From Spironucleus salmonicida (Eukaryota): DNA of 64,000 nt. Each line of letters begins with the position of its first letter. The stretch's first letter is position 1. The notes beneath the pieces were generated by a model that had not been told where the DNA came from, did not search any database, and saw nothing but the letters and a program-made list of their open reading frames with translations. Shown piece by piece: positions 1 through 13,410 of the stretch. The DNA is taken from positions 620,001-684,000 of the forward strand of contig NC_090602.1 in the NCBI RefSeq assembly GCF_000497125.1. Reading direction: 5' to 3'. A program made the position numbers and the translations under genes.

Positions 1-200
1 TCTGGGAAGGATTAGAAGCCACATTTACATATGGGGAAAATTTAGTATTAAAACCTCCATATACAATTGAAGATCCAACTATAGTCAAAAGCATTTTATT
101 AGTTACAGGTTTAGTATTTGCTACAATTTTAACATGCTTAGGATTAGGTTGTGTTATAGCATTTATTGTTATTAAGAGGAAAAATGGAATGAGTATGTGA
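1..200 (+). CDS. 3' end of a type I membrane protein (5'-partial)
   Basis: Frame from base 3 reads ...SILLVTGLVFATILTCLGLGCVIAFIVIKRKNGMSM then TGA (198-200): a TM helix followed by a basic stop-transfer tail. Confidence 0.7.
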   Translation, partial: WEGLEATFTYGENLVLKPPYTIEDPTIVKSILLVTGLVFATILTCLGLGCVIAFIVIKRKNGMSM

Positions 201-422
201 CGTGTGAATGCTATTTTACTATATCCTATTCTTATTTTCGCGTATTAATATTTTATAATTACTTAAAATAGTTTTAAGTTTATCATATCAGGAATAACTA
301 TTTTTTAGATTTAGAATATTAATTTGCATATCAAATCATTATGAAATTAATATCTATTAAATATTTAAATATTCTAAAAATAAATAACAATATCAATATA
401 CACTATTATTAATCTAATCTAA

Positions 423-872
<450 letters not shown>

Positions 873-1830
873 ACCTCCAAATTAGCTTAATATAGTTGCG
901 TATATCGAAACAGGTGTTACATTATTAGCTAATACAATGTTTAATATAAACTTATCATTTATATTATATAAATTATTTTTCTGTAAATAAAATATATCTT
1001 TTTTACTGTTAAGTGCATAAATATTAATTATTGATACGAGGGGTATGGTATATAATAAATAACTACTAAATGTTTATAAAATTATAATGATGAACATAAA
1101 AATGTGCATAATATTCACGATTATAATCTTCTAATTACAAACTCTAAAAAAGTAAATGATATTTACTATGGATTTTTCAGTATTCTATTAGAATTTACTG
1201 TAAATTAAGAGTAAGCCAAATTATAGCTTTTCAATTATGTAAATATAATATTAATAACCAATACTGTTAAATATTAGGAATATTTATTACATTTATAATA
1301 ACGGTCAGTGTAATTTGCATGTTATCCAGCTGATAACGTAATTAATGATAAATAATAGATAACTTTATTATATTAATAACCGATTTAACCAATACCATAT
1401 TGATGACCATATTCGATAAGATTTATCGAATATTAATAGTAATATGTCTAAAAAACAATATGACTCGATGTTTTACTATAAAATTATGCAACTGTTCCAT
1501 CAAAGTACAAATTTATGATTTTTCTGTTCCGCTTTAAGTATTTATTATAATCTCTTACATCATCGTATATCTAATACCCTAAAATACCTATAGCCACTAT
1601 TTTATCAAAAATTGTCATATATCGAATTTCAACAAATACTGACTTTACTATCAAATTATCCTGCTATATCTGTTCATAGAATATCCAGTCTATATCTAGT
1701 TACACTAAACCCTCAATAACTCTTATCTATCAACAGCAATTCTTTCATTCATGTAAAAATACAATTTAAACTATATACTATATAACAATGCGATTTCCTT
1801 CCATTTAGTTCCTTTTCAAATAATTCCACT

Positions 1831-2241
1831 TCACTCAACATCACCCTCGGCACTCTCCTCGTCTTCATATTCGTAAACTTCTTCGCCCTCATCTCCCTTC
1901 GCTTTCTACTCTGCGTCTTCTTTCGCCTTTCTAGCTGCTCTTTTCGCCTCTTATTTTTCCTTTTCCTTCTGCTTATTTACCTCCATTTGAGCGAACAGAT
2001 CCATCGTCCCCAGCAACGCCCCAGCCTGCTTCTACGCACTAGTATTCGTAGCGTCCAAATTGGCACTCGCAATTTCGTTTTTAGCGTCGCTCTCGACCTT
2101 TTTGAGGTGTGCAATTACTTCGGCAGTTTCAGAGGCACAATTCACATCTATGTATGCAATGACTTCAGCAAATTTTCTGGCTTCCCATAGAGCTTTCAAG
2201 GGTGCAAGGCTTGGGAGACTGAGAACGCCGCGGGTGATCAT
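1831..2241 (-). CDS. hypothetical protein, 136 aa, charged/acidic C-terminus
   Basis: ORF 2032..2241 reads through TAG/TAA to ...EDEESAEGDVE then TGA; stop lies in AGTGA. Confidence 0.75.
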
Positions 2242-2636
2242 TTTATGAATAAAATATATTATGTTATTCTAGATATAATAATAGTATTTATTCTTAACTT
2301 TTGTTTTTTAAGATTTTATAATTTAATATTATTAATGGATTATAATTTAGTATTTTAGATTGTGGTTTAAGTGAAAATTAATTAAAATAAAATATATAAT
2401 ATAAAAGCTATACATGAAGAGTTAATTTAGTGAAGAATAAGAAAGTGGTAATTCTGGTTCTATCTTGTATCCAACATGGTAGCATGGTGATATAATAGGA
2501 ACTGTTGATTTGTTAAGATGTTCATCTTAAAATTTTGATTTTATAAATGACGATATTTTTCGATCAATTAAAAATATTATATATTTTAATATAAAATAAT
2601 TATAATAAATTTATATACTCCACTTTAATCTAATAA

Positions 2637-5600
2637 ATGTTCCTACTTCCTCTCTTATAGATTGATCTTATAATCGATTTAGGTGCAGGTACATTCTAGG
2701 CAGGAACGTTAAGAAAAGCGTCATCGGGGAATACTATAGAAGCCATTTTAAATTCTTAATCAAAAAGATTCTCTCCTACTTTAGTAGCTTATGATGGTGA
2801 TTAATTCTATGTTGGAGAATATGCTTAAAACTATTAAAAGAAGAATCCTGGTCCAATTTTCAAAAATTTTGCTTCTTCTCCAACTAAAAATATAACAGAG
2901 TTCGTGGCAGATATTAATTCTACAGAAATTTAGGATATCAAGAAATTTTAATCTGTGTTACTTATTTCTGCATTAATGAATCATATCACCAAAAATATGA
3001 TAAAATCAAATGGTGAATAAGTAGATATCACAATCATTCATCCTCCTAGTTTTTCTGTAAATGAATTGCAATCTTTTAAAAAATCTATTGAATAGCTCTC
3101 AAACACAAAGCTAGTATTGACGATTCCTACCCCTAATGCTGTTGTTGTTTCCCATTTGTCGAACCGTATGAATACTTTCAAAAAACCATAATAATTTGTT
3201 GTAGTTGATGTTGGGGCTAAAACAACATCAGTTTCTATCATTGATGCAGTTAAAAATAAAAATATAACTTTGACTAAGCTAATTTTTAATAAAGATCTTT
3301 AATTTGGTGGTGAGGACTTAAATGATTGTATATTACGCGAGTTTGTTGCACCAAAAATTACAAACTTTGATTTTTCTGATATTAAACTTCTTAATAGAGC
3401 CCTAGAAGGTGTAGAAAAGGCCAAAGTTGCTCTTTCAGGGTTATAATAGGTATCATTGCATATTGATTCAGTAGAATCTAATCAAGATTTCTAGATGTTG
3501 ATTACAAGAGATCAACTTAATGTTTGTGCCAAGAAACTTTGGAATGATTCTTCTATTCAAGCATTCTCGGATGTAGCTTTCCATTTAAATTAGGAAGATA
3601 GTACATTTTTGTTTTATGGTGGCAGTTCTAGAGTTCCTCATATATAAACTTTATTTGAATAATTTTTCAGTAGTTAAATTTTAAAAACCGTTAACTTAGA
3701 TGAAGGGGCTATTTTTGGTGGTGGTTTAATTGCTGCAGGTAATGCTGTTGGCTTTAAAGTTAGTAATAAATTCATCAGCAAAGATTAAACAAGACCTATA
3801 GTTAAAGCCAATGACGAAGATTTATTTATTTTAAATGCTGGCATGAAAGTAGGTTTTGAGTCACCTTTTAGTATCAACAATGATTCAACTTTCTCTATTA
3901 TAGAAGACTCTTTTTCAGTTAACCATGTTAACGAAACTTTCAATTATGAGACTGATGAATCAGGAGAACGAAAGAAAAAAGCGTAGTAATTATATAATTC
4001 AGATAAAATCAATTATACTAGAGTTGGTTCAACTCCAGAGTATTTCACTACTACAAATTTCTCAGCCCAGAATGATTAAAATGAGGAATTTTTCAAATAT
4101 AACTGTGCATATTCTGTCGCTAAATTTAATACTTAATAGATTTTAAAGAAGTATGAGAGCAAGAAATCAAGCTAGAATGGTATGGGTGGAATCAAAATTT
4201 AAAGACTTCCAGAAATTAAGTAAGAGGCAGCCAGCTATAGCGAAAATATCAAAAAATTCTTTAATGTTTTACAAGACTTTTAATAAGGAAAATTAAATAA
4301 TAGTTTAGAAATTAAAATGGTTTATAATTTCAGCACAGACTCAGCTTCTACCCCAGAAATGACTTATGCGGCTATTTAAGTTATTGATAAAGATATTTTA
4401 GTAACAAAAACAGCAAAAAATAATCCTATTGCAGTCCAAGAGTTTCCTCTAGATTTTCAATGTAAAATGGTGCATAATCCACTATACCAAGTAGAAGATT
4501 ATGTTTATGCTGAAAGTTACAATCTAGTATGGGATTCTAATGAAATTTAAGGCAAAAGAAAATAGTTTGATGATCAAATCAATTTAATTGAAGATATTTT
4601 GATAAATGCTGACGAATTTTTAGAAAAATATCCATCGTCTAATGAAACATCTGGAAACTTCTTGCTGTACAAAGATGAAGCAGATTTCTTACGTGTAGCT
4701 GTTGAGGATGCAAGATACTTTATGTCACATCTACATATTTTAGCAACTTGTACATCAATTAAATGCTTAGATGAACGTTTAAAGGATTTATCAGCTATTT
4801 TGAAACGCGTTTCTGAATTATAAACTAATATTTCTAAACATATTAATACATCAGAATGTCGTCCTTAAACTGAAATTGATTTTACCACTGCACTAGAAAA
4901 GCTTCGTGCTGATATTACTAGTGTTGATGAATTTAAGGCAGGTGAGTAATTTAGTAAGTTTAATTAAGCGATTGCTGATTGTGAAATGATTAAAGCATAA
5001 GATATGGACAAAGAGAGTGTTAAAAAAGGAAAGAAGGATAAGAAATCTAAAAAGAATAAAAAAGAAGCCGAACCTATCTAAACTTCATCAAATGAAGTAG
5101 ATTGGTTTAGAAATCTATTTACATATTAGTCCGATAAAGATAGTTAAAGTTAGATAAGCACCAGGACGCACGAGTTCCACACAAAGTCGATGGTGAAGAA
5201 GATTAAGAAGGCGGGTAATGACTGCGGGTTCCTCAACGGTACCTACTCTAAGATGCAGAAGAAATATGATGAGGGCCTCAAGACAGTGAAGAAATAGGAA
5301 GAATTCCAGACGAAGTTCCAATAGGAACTATCACTGCGCCCTTCGACGGATTGTAAGACCATCCAGGACCGAAGTAAAAGCATGCAGAAGGAGGGCGAGG
5401 ATATATCCTAAGCGGTCAAGGCTATGAAGTAGGAGATCGACAGAAGCCGCGTCGCAAATGTCCTTCCCAGTCTTCTTACCTAGGCACTCGACTATGAGAG
5501 GCAATATGGCATTCTTACATCACTTCCCATACATATAACAGCTGGGAATGATGCAGATGTCGTTTAGGGCCTGAAGGACCTCGGTATCGGAGCTAGCGAG

Positions 5601-5732
5601 GCAGCCGTAAAGGGGCTCAGGGAGAGCCCGCTCCTGGCGAAACTTGGCAGCGTCGAGATAAATCAGATCGATAAATTAGTAGAAGAGCTTAAGGATAGCT
5701 TGAAGGCTACCTCGGTCAACGATGAGCTGTGA
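2637..5732 (+). CDS. ER Hsp70-superfamily chaperone (Grp170/HYOU1/Lhs1-like), 1031 aa
   Basis: MFLLPLLQIDLIIDLGAGTFQAG, LNSQSKRFSPTLVAY, VVVDVGAKTT, FGGEDLN, LYGGSSRVPHI, VNLDEGAIFG motifs; C-terminal NDEL retention signal; start and stop in the same frame with TAR=Gln. Confidence 0.9.
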
Positions 5733-5763
5733 GCTTTTATTTTGTCACGACCACTCCATAATA

Positions 5764-5925
5764 ATGAACATAGATGACATACCAGACGTCCTGCCCAAGG
5801 GCTTTATTCTATTCCCAGAACCCCAGAAGGCAGAGATTCAGTTTACCCAGCCCAAGATCACACCAATTGTGTCTAACCTAGTCCTTGACATGGAGAGCAA
5901 GCAGAAGCTTAAGACACCCGAGTGA
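5764..5925 (+). CDS. small hypothetical protein, 53 aa
   Basis: MNIDDIPDVLPKG...KLKTPE; C-rich motif upstream; stop in AGTGA. Confidence 0.6.
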   Translation: MNIDDIPDVLPKGFILFPEPQKAEIQFTQPKITPIVSNLVLDMESKQKLKTPE

Positions 5926-5930
5926 GGTAC

Positions 5931-6683
5931 TCAATCACTTAGCTCCACGTCACGGGTACAGCTAACACTATTAGTGACCAGGGGGAGTATAAATGCCCTC
6001 TGGGCTTTCTCATCATCGAACATAAAGCAGGGACCGTCGATTGTTTGATCGCTAACCCCACTTTTAGTAGTGTATGTCATATTTCGTTGCTCTGTACACC
6101 GGATAACACGAATGCTTACAAGTTCATCTTGTGCAAACTAAATTAGCTCCCTGGCATTATATGGAGTGGGAGCTGCATCGCAAAACGCTTCTACGCGAAC
6201 TCGAAGCTCCAAATCACTTGTACCAAGATCTTTAACTGCCTCAAAGTTGCGCCGAAAGAGCTAAGCTCGGAAGATATCCATGTCTAAGGATTCAGCCGAG
6301 CAACAAGTGCCTGTTGAGTGCTCAAGCTTATATGGGATAAAATTCTCTACTAATGGGTCGAATAAAACCATACGAGCAATGTTTCTACGAAACGGTAATA
6401 GATCGATAGACGCACCGGTAAGATGGGATCCTAAGACAAATACTCCATTGTCCATCCCTAACGCCTTCAATAACCCTTATATAACAGTGGAGGCCTGTTG
6501 GAGTTGATCTGGGGCAAGGATAGGGCAAATGTACTCCATTCCTAGTTTCTCTAGAAATGCTACATATACACTAGCAGGGATAAGGAGATCAGGTATAAAT
6601 AGAAGTTTTTCGGCGGATCCTTGTGGTGATGAGTGGTAATACGAGATATTCATGTCATCAAAGTCTATAGTTTTCAGAGACAT
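5931..6683 (-). CDS. alpha/beta-hydrolase-like protein, 250 aa (degenerate nucleophile elbow)
   Basis: Joins 6477..6779 and 6261..6470 in frame; LLFIPDL, VFVLGSHLTGA, IARMVLFDP spacing resembles the abhydrolase core. Confidence 0.6.
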
Positions 6684-6717
6684 TTTAAAGGAAGTAATAA
6701 AAAGAAATCTAATATAA

Positions 6718-7044
6718 TCACTATGAAAACTGGTAGACGTCAAATCCAACTTCAGAGAGTGCCCTACGTTATATTGCAATTAACTCGGTTTCAGAAACGC
6801 CATTCTGAACACTAAACTCTGAAATAGAAAGCTCGTAGTCCGATAAAAATTGCAGCCCAATAAACTCACAGGCTAAGGCAAGTTTGGGATGGAAAGATGA
6901 CTTGCACACAGGAGCTACAGCCTAAAATACCCCACTCGCAATTTTTCCAGCAACAAGTTTAGTAGCTGGATCTAATGCGAATTTGGAACTAGGATTCTCA
7001 TGTTACCAGGCAGCAACAGAGAAGTTTGTAAGTAGGCTCATCAT
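6718..7044 (-). CDS. small cyclin-box-like protein, 108 aa
   Basis: LALACEFIGLQFLSD...ELIAIQRRALSEVGFDVY resembles cyclin-box helices 3-5; stop in AGTGA; paralog at 39987. Confidence 0.55.
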
Positions 7045-7263
7045 TTTTAATATTGAAAAATCACTGGTATATAAATAATATATGGTTAAAATATATAATC
7101 TAATAAATCTGAAATCGTCATTTTCCAAATCAACCAAGATTGATTCTTTGTGCCATTGTTTATTTGATAATTTACATGTCAAGTAAAAAACCGAAAATTA
7201 TATAAAATATCTAGTATATCAATTTTATATATAATTAAAAAATAAATTTACAATCCATATCCA

Positions 7264-9135
7264 TCACTCTTCCTTCTTCTCTATTTTGTTGGCTGCAACC
7301 ACATTCATGCTCATTTATTTCATAGTTTTTCTATCTAAAGTCTCTTAGAGAACTTAAGGAACGTTGTTTAACACAACAGCCTTACCACTCTTACCTCTAC
7401 CATGCATTGGACCTTTGGAGCTTGGGCGAGAACGAGGGAAATCAATTTTAATATTATTTTCATCATATACCAGATCATTAGCAGGAAAATCTTCATCATC
7501 ATCAAGATTAATGTATAAATCCTCATCAAGGTTATCTTCCGCATAAGCATCCTCCTATGGAGCCGGTATAATATCTTCTGGTACTGGAACAGTATCAGTA
7601 GGTTTTTCAGCTTCAGAGTCTTTTTCGAGATCTTTAACCTCAGAATCTTTATTTGCATCGTTAATTTCTTAGCTTTCCAATAAATTATCAGCAAGTTGTG
7701 GGGCTGCTTCCTATAGTATTGTTTAGTCTAGACTTATAAATCTTAAAAGAGTAACTAGCTAATAAAATTAGCATACTTTTACAACACTGTCAATATTTGT
7801 TGTAACATTTTCAATGGGTTAAGCGATTTCTCTTAAATGCAAAAGAGCATCTTCTAATTGTGAATCTAAGTTTTATGTAAACATATCAACACCGTATTTA
7901 GCCGTTTGCTCCTCATTTGAAAGAACGAATAGAGGAAGCTTATTACAAATATTTCTTATTGAGTCTTAAATATTAGCAATCTTAAACTCTTAAGTTTTAA
8001 CTAGTTCATTATTGAAGTTATTATCAGCGATATACTGCGTAATTTAGCTAGTTACGTCCTCCAGTAGCTTCTTCTTTAGTGCTTTGCTAGATTCGACATC
8101 GTAGTTACAATCTTATATTTCTTGTTACACAGAAAGAAGTTCCTCATTTAATCTTTTAATCCTTAAATGAACCTCTTCTTAATCATTAAGATCATCATTA
8201 ACAACTGCTTGGTTTTTGCATGAATTAACAAACTCAGTGGGAGAGTTGAAATTATGCTAAGATAAAATCTTTTCATAATAAAGTAATTAAATTAAACCAA
8301 AATGACTTTCTTCTTATTCTTAAATGATTTAAATTGTTTGCTCTTGTTCTTAATTTTATGACTATTTTTCTAAAAGAGCTGTTTTTTCTAATTAGTGTTT
8401 AACTCCTAGCTTATGATCTTCAAGCTAATGTTTTCTAGCATCTCTGTCTTATTAGACATATTCAGTGATCTCATTGTGCTCAGCTTACTTTTATTCAGCT
8501 GCAACAACAGCTTAATCACACACTTTAGTAAAGTTTTCAAATTCAATAGTGGTTTAAATTAAAGAAGATCTTTATCTCTTAATTCTTTCCTCATAAAATT
8601 AACCTTCTTCTTTCAAACGTTATATTAACTTCTCATAGGTCTATTTAATCTATTTGGCTTCTCTTAATCTAACCTTAGCCTCATCTACACCTGTCTCTAG
8701 ATCACGAATTGTAACTAACCCTGGAACATCACCAAAGCCAAAATCAATACCAGATCTCTTTTAAGATGAATCCGAATCTAAAAATTATTTGACATGAGGA
8801 TTTTCATCTACAAGATGTAAAAACTTTTTCTAAAGAGTAATTTTTTAATTTTAAAGTTGGTCAAAAGTTTATTTTATTTCAGTGGCTTATTTGATTTTCA
8901 TTCGTTCAGCAGCAGCTACTTTCAGGGGATCAATTTCAGCAGTTTATAATGCCTATTTTTTTAAATTTTTATTTTCCTAAGTTAGAGTTTAGATTTCATC
9001 TTGATTTTGGGTAAGCACATTTGAAGTATTTTACTAGAGAAGTGAAACTTCTTTTGTCAATGCTTCAACATCGTTCTAAATCTTGGATATTTAGAAGTCT
9101 AGTGGTTTTGGCTCGTTAAGAGGATTATAAGGCAT
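7264..9135 (-). CDS. coiled-coil protein, outer-dynein-arm docking complex (CCDC151/CCDC114)-like, 623 aa
   Basis: Long heptad-rich ORF MPYNPLNEPK...; acidic region then ENNIKIDF...LDRKTMKQMSMNVV tail; C-rich upstream motif; AGTGA stop. Confidence 0.7.
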
Positions 9136-9142
9136 TTTTATT

Positions 9143-9159
9143 GCGGAAAAGAGGAAGGG
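9143..9159 (-). promoter_or_regulatory. C-rich motif just upstream of the start codon
   Basis: CCCTTCCTCTTTTCCGC 7 nt before the ATG; similar C-rich runs precede starts at 2637, 13410, 15996, 34472, 37126, 43119, 45420, 60418; this promoter feature is known in Spironucleus. Confidence 0.6.
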
Positions 9160-9252
9160 TATAATTACTTTGTTTATATATATTTTTGTCAAATAATTTA
9201 AAATATGCATTATATATAAAACTATACAAATTTTAATATATTGTCACACATT

Positions 9253-10069
9253 ACTAAAGAAGAAGCTACTGGAGGACGTAACTAGCTAAATTACGCAGTA
9301 TATCGCTGATAATAACTTCAATAATGAACTAGTTAAAACTTAAGAGTTTAAGATTGCTAATATTTAAGACTCAATAAGAAATATTTGTAATAAGCTTCCT
9401 CTATTCGTTCTTTCAAATGAGGAGCAAACGGCTAAATACGGTGTTGATATGTTTACATAAAACTTAGATTCACAATTAGAAGATGCTCTTTTGCATTTAA
9501 GAGAAATCGCTTAACCCATTGAAAATGTTACAACAAATATTGACAGTGTTGTAAAAGTATGCTAATTTTATTAGCTAGTTACTCTTTTAAGATTTATAAG
9601 TCTAGACTAAACAATACTATAGGAAGCAGCCCCACAACTTGCTGATAATTTATTGGAAAGCTAAGAAATTAACGATGCAAATAAAGATTCTGAGGTTAAA
9701 GATCTCGAAAAAGACTCTGAAGCTGAAAAACCTACTGATACTGTTCCAGTACCAGAAGATATTATACCGGCTCCATAGGAGGATGCTTATGCGGAAGATA
9801 ACCTTGATGAGGATTTATACATTAATCTTGATGATGATGAAGATTTTCCTGCTAATGATCTGGTATATGATGAAAATAATATTAAAATTGATTTCCCTCG
9901 TTCTCGCCCAAGCTCCAAAGGTCCAATGCATGGTAGAGGTAAGAGTGGTAAGGCTGTTGTGTTAAACAACGTTCCTTAAGTTCTCTAAGAGACTTTAGAT
10001 AGAAAAACTATGAAATAAATGAGCATGAATGTGGTTGCAGCCAACAAAATAGAGAAGAAGGAAGAGTGA
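9253..10069 (+). pseudogene. 5'-truncated copy of the ODA-docking-like gene
   Basis: Only the last ~272 codons are present; first in-frame ATG at 9449. Confidence 0.8.
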
Positions 10070-10288
10070 TGGATATGGATTGTAAATTTATTTTTTAATT
10101 ATATATAAAATTGATATACTAGATATTTTATATAATTTTCGGTTTTTTACTTGACATGTAAATTATCAAATAAACAATGGCACAAAGAATCAATCTTGGT
10201 TGATTTGGAAAATGACGATTTCAGATTTATTAGATTATATATTTTAACCATATATTATTTATATACCAGTGATTTTTCAATATTAAAA

Positions 10289-10615
10289 ATGATGAGCCTA
10301 CTTACAAACTTCTCTGTTGCTGCCTGGTAACATGAGAATCCTAGTTCCAAATTCGCATTAGATCCAGCTACTAAACTTGTTGCTGGAAAAATTGCGAGTG
10401 GGGTATTTTAGGCTGTAGCTCCTGTGTGCAAGTCATCTTTCCATCCCAAACTTGCCTTAGCCTGTGAGTTTATTGGGCTGCAATTTTTATCGGACTACGA
10501 GCTTTCTATTTCAGAGTTTAGTGTTCAGAATGGCGTTTCTGAAACCGAGTTAATTGCAATATAACGTAGGGCACTCTCTGAAGTTGGATTTGACGTCTAC
10601 CAGTTTTCATAGTGA
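10289..10615 (+). CDS. small cyclin-box-like protein (duplicate of 6718-7044)
   Basis: MMSLLTNFSVAAWQ...GFDVYQFSQ then TGA. Confidence 0.55.
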
Positions 10616-10649
10616 TTATATTAGATTTCTTTTTATTACTTCCTTTAAA

Positions 10650-11402
10650 ATGTCTCTGAAAACTATAGACTTTGATGACATGAATATCTCGTATTACCAC
10701 TCATCACCACAAGGATCCGCCGAAAAACTTCTATTTATACCTGATCTCCTTATCCCTGCTAGTGTATATGTAGCATTTCTAGAGAAACTAGGAATGGAGT
10801 ACATTTGCCCTATCCTTGCCCCAGATCAACTCCAACAGGCCTCCACTGTTATATAAGGGTTATTGAAGGCGTTAGGGATGGACAATGGAGTATTTGTCTT
10901 AGGATCCCATCTTACCGGTGCGTCTATCGATCTATTACCGTTTCGTAGAAACATTGCTCGTATGGTTTTATTCGACCCATTAGTAGAGAATTTTATCCCA
11001 TATAAGCTTGAGCACTCAACAGGCACTTGTTGCTCGGCTGAATCCTTAGACATGGATATCTTCCGAGCTTAGCTCTTTCGGCGCAACTTTGAGGCAGTTA
11101 AAGATCTTGGTACAAGTGATTTGGAGCTTCGAGTTCGCGTAGAAGCGTTTTGCGATGCAGCTCCCACTCCATATAATGCCAGGGAGCTAATTTAGTTTGC
11201 ACAAGATGAACTTGTAAGCATTCGTGTTATCCGGTGTACAGAGCAACGAAATATGACATACACTACTAAAAGTGGGGTTAGCGATCAAACAATCGACGGT
11301 CCCTGCTTTATGTTCGATGATGAGAAAGCCCAGAGGGCATTTATACTCCCCCTGGTCACTAATAGTGTTAGCTGTACCCGTGACGTGGAGCTAAGTGATT
11401 GA
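10650..11402 (+). CDS. alpha/beta-hydrolase-like protein (duplicate of 5931-6683)
   Basis: MSLKTIDFDD...RDVELSD then TGA; translated through by hand. Confidence 0.6.
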
Positions 11403-11407
11403 GTACC

Positions 11408-11569
11408 TCACTCGGGTGTCTTAAGCTTCTGCTTGCTCTCCATGTCAAGGACTAGGTTAGACACAATTGGTGTGATCTTGGGCTGGGTAAACTGAATCTC
11501 TGCCTTCTGGGGTTCTGGGAATAGAATAAAGCCCTTGGGCAGGACGTCTGGTATGTCATCTATGTTCAT
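11408..11569 (-). CDS. small hypothetical protein (duplicate of 5764-5925)
   Basis: Mirror copy within IR1. Confidence 0.55.
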   Translation of the reverse strand: MNIDDIPDVLPKGFILFPEPQKAEIQFTQPKITPIVSNLVLDMESKQKLKTPE

Positions 11570-11600
11570 TATTATGGAGTGGTCGTGACAAAATAAAAGC

Positions 11601-12164
11601 TCACAGCTCATCGTTGACCGAGGTAGCCTTCAAGCTATCCTTAAGCTCTTCTACTAATTTATCGATCTGATTTATCTCGACGCTGCCAAGTTTCGCCAGG
11701 AGCGGGCTCTCCCTGAGCCCCTTTACGGCTGCCTCGCTAGCTCCGATACCGAGGTCCTTCAGGCCCTAAACGACATCTGCATCATTCCCAGCTGTTATAT
11801 GTATGGGAAGTGATGTAAGAATGCCATATTGCCTCTCATAGTCGAGTGCCTAGGTAAGAAGACTGGGAAGGACATTTGCGACGCGGCTTCTGTCGATCTC
11901 CTACTTCATAGCCTTGACCGCTTAGGATATATCCTCGCCCTCCTTCTGCATGCTTTTACTTCGGTCCTGGATGGTCTTACAATCCGTCGAAGGGCGCAGT
12001 GATAGTTCCTATTGGAACTTCGTCTGGAATTCTTCCTATTTCTTCACTGTCTTGAGGCCCTCATCATATTTCTTCTGCATCTTAGAGTAGGTACCGTTGA
12101 GGAACCCGCAGTCATTACCCGCCTTCTTAATCTTCTTCACCATCGACTTTGTGTGGAACTCGTG
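11601..12164 (-). pseudogene. 3' fragment of the Grp170-like Hsp70 gene
   Basis: Last 188 codons only, including NDEL; no ATPase domain or in-frame signal peptide. Confidence 0.8.
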
Positions 12165-12300
12165 TACTTGGTACTATCGTAAACAGTGAAATTAGAAGAA
12201 ACATATGCAAAATGATATACATAAATTAAACTTACTAAATATTATCATAAATAACTAATATCTGAATGGAAATTGACAATATTCTCACTTTATAGTTGGG

Positions 12301-13410
12301 TCAAAATGTGATCCCTCCCTCGCAGGCTCTCCTGCCGAAGTACGCTTCTGAAAACCCACGACAAACTTGCGATTCCACACCCTCTGTAAAATCCTCGGTA
12401 GGTGCTACCTATCCTCTGAACCCGTCCAGGAACTACTGGAGCACCCGCTCCTCCTTAAACTCAACGTCATCTCGGATTTCAGTTAGCTCGGTAATGAAAG
12501 AGACCTGGGCATCGCGGACGAATTGGTGATCGGCGACCTCCTGCATGGTCTCGCTCGCGCCCACTGCCCTGACGAAGTCCTCTATATCTCCAGTAAAATA
12601 GTCATCAAAGCAGCATTCGCCATCGTAGATCAAGAGGCTCTCTAGGCTCTTGAACTGAAAAAATATACAGGTGTTGTAGCACATCCGGGTCACTAGATTC
12701 ACGATGTTCTCCGCCTCGTTGATGCCGCAATATGGCACATTCGGCGAGGCGTGGACCCGGCTGGAGGCAAACAGGTTCTGCAGCGAGAATCCCATATTCT
12801 TCTTGATGGCTACGTTGGACGGCGCGATCCCGTTGCTGATGATGTTGAACTATTGCAGATAGATGATGAATGCAGAAACGTTCTTAACCACCAACCGCAC
12901 GAGGTGGATGGGCAGCTGGTGAAAATGCTAAATCAGCTGGTCTACGCTGTAGTTCACCTGCTCCACCCCCTGCAACATCTTCTGCGGCTGGAAGTCCAGC
13001 GTGCGCGTGAAAATATCTGGCAGGTTCACGCTCAGCACCAGCTGGTTCACAAACGAGTCGACCACGTACTGGCTGAAGTTCTCCAGCTTGTGCAGGCAGA
13101 GCACGGTGCCAGTCAGCACCTCAAGGCCCTCCAGCTCGGCGCCGAAGAACGTAGCTGTCCTCCCCGCAGTAAGATACTCGCACGCCACCTAGTGTAGCTT
13201 AGGGGCTGCATATGCGTCTGTTTTGCGTACGAACGCAGCGAAGACAGGCTGGCGCTGCATGTGCATGGACATGGAGGCCGATACCGAAGCGGTCAGCGAG
13301 AAATCGAGTGTATCGGCTATTTGCATCCTTGTCTCTGGAATTTGAGACGCCTCCATCACGTCAGGAAGCGGCCCCGACGCAGTGAGCACAGGTGGAATTC
13401 CACATCCCAT
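12301..13410 (-). CDS. probable pseudokinase with MGCG N-terminus, 369 aa
   Basis: Three supplied ORFs join in one frame; GLEVLTGTVLCLHKL and IISNGIAPSNVAI echo kinase subdomains II and VIb without the catalytic K/HRD; start chosen from the C-rich motif (alternative 13443). Confidence 0.6.

Larger units (their letters stand above)
5169..8080. repeat. IR1 left arm (2912 bp), inverted copy at 9253-12164
   Basis: Mirror coordinates sum to 17333; mirrored ORF translations are identical; boundaries read by eye. Confidence 0.95.
9253..12164. repeat. IR1 right arm (derived inverted copy of 5169-8080)
   Basis: Both ends cut genes that are intact in the left arm. Confidence 0.95.

Noticed and set aside
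937-1750. 170-235-codon open frames on both strands
   Set aside because: With a single stop codon in AT-rich DNA such frames arise by chance; no motif support
12751-13197. Long antisense or off-frame ORFs in the track (also 20688, 20757, 36926, 42713, 49253, 7368/9639)
   Set aside because: Shadows of real genes in GC-rich or low-complexity segments
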